Assembly (NCBI GenBank): GCA_018676855.1 | Contig: JABHDY010000004.1 | Coordinates: 28,972 to 92,971 of the forward strand | Direction: 5' to 3' | DNA from: Candidatus Woesearchaeota archaeon | GTDB taxonomy: Archaea; Nanobdellota; Nanobdellia; Woesearchaeales; GW2011-AR9 | DNA: 64,000 nucleotides | In this document: positions 62,571 to 64,000 of the stretch, in pieces | Layout of the letters: every line of letters begins with the position of its first letter | Numbering within the stretch: the stretch's first letter is position 1 | Notes under the pieces: generated by a model | Databases searched by the model: none | Seen by the model: only the letters and a program-made list of their open reading frames with translations | What the model was told of the DNA's origin: nothing | Position numbers and translations under genes: made by a program

Positions 62571-64000
62571 ATGATGGATATTATTCATACTCTTGCTCTT
62601 GAAACGATGCAAAAAAATAAACAAGCACTTATCTTTGCACCTAGTAGAGCAAGTGCGGAAAAGACTGCAGAAGAAATTTCTAAACTAACACATATGAATT
62701 ATCCAGAGTTTGAAGAAACTGTTCTTAAAGCAGCATCTACCCCTACAAAACAATGTAAACGGTTATCTCAATGTATTAAGAAGGGGATAGCGTTTCATCA
62801 TGCAGGATTATTACAGAAACAAAAAGATCTTATTGAAGATGAATTCAAAAGTGGTAAAGTTAAAATTATTTGTTGTACACCAACATTAGCTGCTGGAATG
62901 TCCCTTCCTGCCTTCCGCGTGATTATTAAATCGCTTAAACGTTATTCTGGTAAGTGGGGCATGGATTGGATTCCCGTTTTAGAGTATATGCAAATGGCTG
63001 GAAGAGCAGGACGGCCAGAATATGAAGCGTTTGGTGAAGCGATTACTGTTGCAAAAAATGATGCTGAAAGGGATGAAATTTATGAACGGTATGTATGTGG
63101 CGAACCAGAAGAGATTTATTCGAAATTGGCAGTTGAGCCAGTACTACGAACATACGTGTTATCATTAATCTCTTCTGGTATTGTACGAAATGAAAAATCT
63201 ATGAAAGAGTTCTTTGCAAAAACTTTCTGGGCTCACCAGTTTAAAGACATGGCCAAGCTTGAAGGAATTATGGACAAAATGCTATCATTGTTAGAAGAAT
63301 GGAAGTTCGTTTCAATTGATGGGAGTGAAGGAGATTTTGTAAGTGCAAATGATATGAACAAATCAAGGACAACACGGGCAACACGTATTGGAAGAAGAGT
63401 CTCTGAACTTTATTTGGATCCATTAACAGCGAAATACATTATAGATTGTATATCTGAATTTAATGAAAATAAAAATACGTATTCATTATTGCATATGGTA
63501 TCTAACACTCTTGAAATGCGGCCCTTATTACGTGTTAAAGTTAAGGAACATGACATGATTCAGGACGAATTAGTAAAGAATTATGAATTATTGTTACAAG
63601 AAGAACCAAGTGCGTTTGACCTAGAATATGGTGAGTTTTGTAATTCTATTAAGACAACATTATTTTTTGACGCATGGATTAATGAAAAAGATGAAGATTA
63701 TTGTATGGAAACTTATGGTGTTCGACCAGGCGAGATACGAATGAAGTTAGAAACTGCAGATTGGTTATTATATGCAACAGAAGAATTGGGCAAGATACTT
63801 GAGAGAAAAGATGTTGTGAAAGCTGTTCGATCACTACGAATAAGAGTTAAGAATGGTGTCAAAGAAGAATTATTATTATTATTAAAATTGAAGAATATTG
63901 GTCGTGTACGTGCCCGCAGGATGTATTCTAACGGAATAAAAGATCTTGGAGATGTAAAGAAAGCAGATGTGACTACACTTGGCCAGATTCTTGGTAAGAA
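62571..64000 (+). CDS. Hel308/Ski2-family helicase, C-terminal half only (RecA2 + winged-helix + ratchet + HhH); partial at the window end. The RecA1/DEAD domain is absent.
   Basis: The ORF starts at ATG 62571 after in-frame stops. The RecA2 motifs IV-VI are present: QALIFAPSRASAEK, IAFHHAGLLQKQKDLIEDEFKSGKVKIICCTPTLAAGMSLPA, QMAGRAGRP. A helix-hairpin-helix lies near the end (LGQILG). No Walker A/DExH domain lies upstream. Confidence 0.7.
   Translation, partial: MMDIIHTLALETMQKNKQALIFAPSRASAEKTAEEISKLTHMNYPEFEETVLKAASTPTKQCKRLSQCIKKGIAFHHAGLLQKQKDLIEDEFKSGKVKIICCTPTLAAGMSLPAFRVIIKSLKRYSGKWGMDWIPVLEYMQMAGRAGRPEYEAFGEAITVAKNDAERDEIYERYVCGEPEEIYSKLAVEPVLRTYVLSLISSGIVRNEKSMKEFFAKTFWAHQFKDMAKLEGIMDKMLSLLEEWKFVSIDGSEGDFVSANDMNKSRTTRATRIGRRVSELYLDPLTAKYIIDCISEFNENKNTYSLLHMVSNTLEMRPLLRVKVKEHDMIQDELVKNYELLLQEEPSAFDLEYGEFCNSIKTTLFFDAWINEKDEDYCMETYGVRPGEIRMKLETADWLLYATEELGKILERKDVVKAVRSLRIRVKNGVKEELLLLLKLKNIGRVRARRMYSNGIKDLGDVKKADVTTLGQILGK

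Noticed and set aside
1-64000. CRISPR arrays, transposases/IS elements, integrases or prophage genes.
   Set aside because: No regularly spaced direct repeats were found. No transposase (DDE), integrase (tyrosine/serine recombinase) or phage structural signatures were found in any frame.

Overview
This is a 64 kb, AT-rich (about 35-38% GC by eye) window from an archaeon. The archaeal assignment rests on FtsZ plus SepF, ribosomal protein S6e, an archaeal/eukaryotic-type ProRS, a FlaI/FlaJ-type type IV pilus ATPase and platform pair, and tRNA genes with introns and no encoded CCA. The gene content and style suggest a small-genome, DPANN-like lineage, but that is inference only. Features seen there include short overlapping genes, a split helicase, giant surface proteins and an intron-containing tRNA. 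Housekeeping genes present are ileS, proS, ftsZ, sepF, rps6e, a nitroreductase, an M50 metalloprotease, a deoxynucleoside kinase, a PHP phosphoesterase and a radical-SAM-like enzyme. Three tRNA genes are present: Ser-GCU, Ile-GAU, and a Phe-GAA carrying two introns. The outstanding feature is a ~17 kb run of nine co-directional, partly overlapping genes at 18827..35883 on the minus strand. All nine encode secreted or membrane-anchored giant proteins of up to 1210 aa. They are extremely Cys- and Asp-rich and are built from repeat modules: Myxococcus-type CDDGN...DGCS repeats, CxDxxDNDxDGxxDCxDxDC Ca-binding-like modules, thrombospondin type-1-like and type-3-like repeats, and a parallel beta-helix. 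At least one carries a bona fide two-repeat dockerin domain, and three carry cohesin-like N-terminal domains. Five proteins share a previously unnamed conserved C-terminal helical motif (LLxKMSxIAYxL); four of these lie in the run and the fifth is an adjacent plus-strand gene. Three share a conserved N-terminal signal-anchor motif (FF[TS]DTFVGKAI) that is also conserved at the nucleotide level. I interpret this as a cellulosome-like cohesin-dockerin cell-surface assembly or attachment system that carries its own sorting or docking tags. Further surface machinery lies nearby. There is a type IV pilus-like ATPase and platform with a candidate pilin, three tandem paralogous polytopic membrane proteins, an S-layer-like N-glycosylation-rich giant protein, and two adhesins with tandem cadherin/Ig-like repeats. 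No CRISPR array, reverse transcriptase (DGR), integrase or transposase was found.
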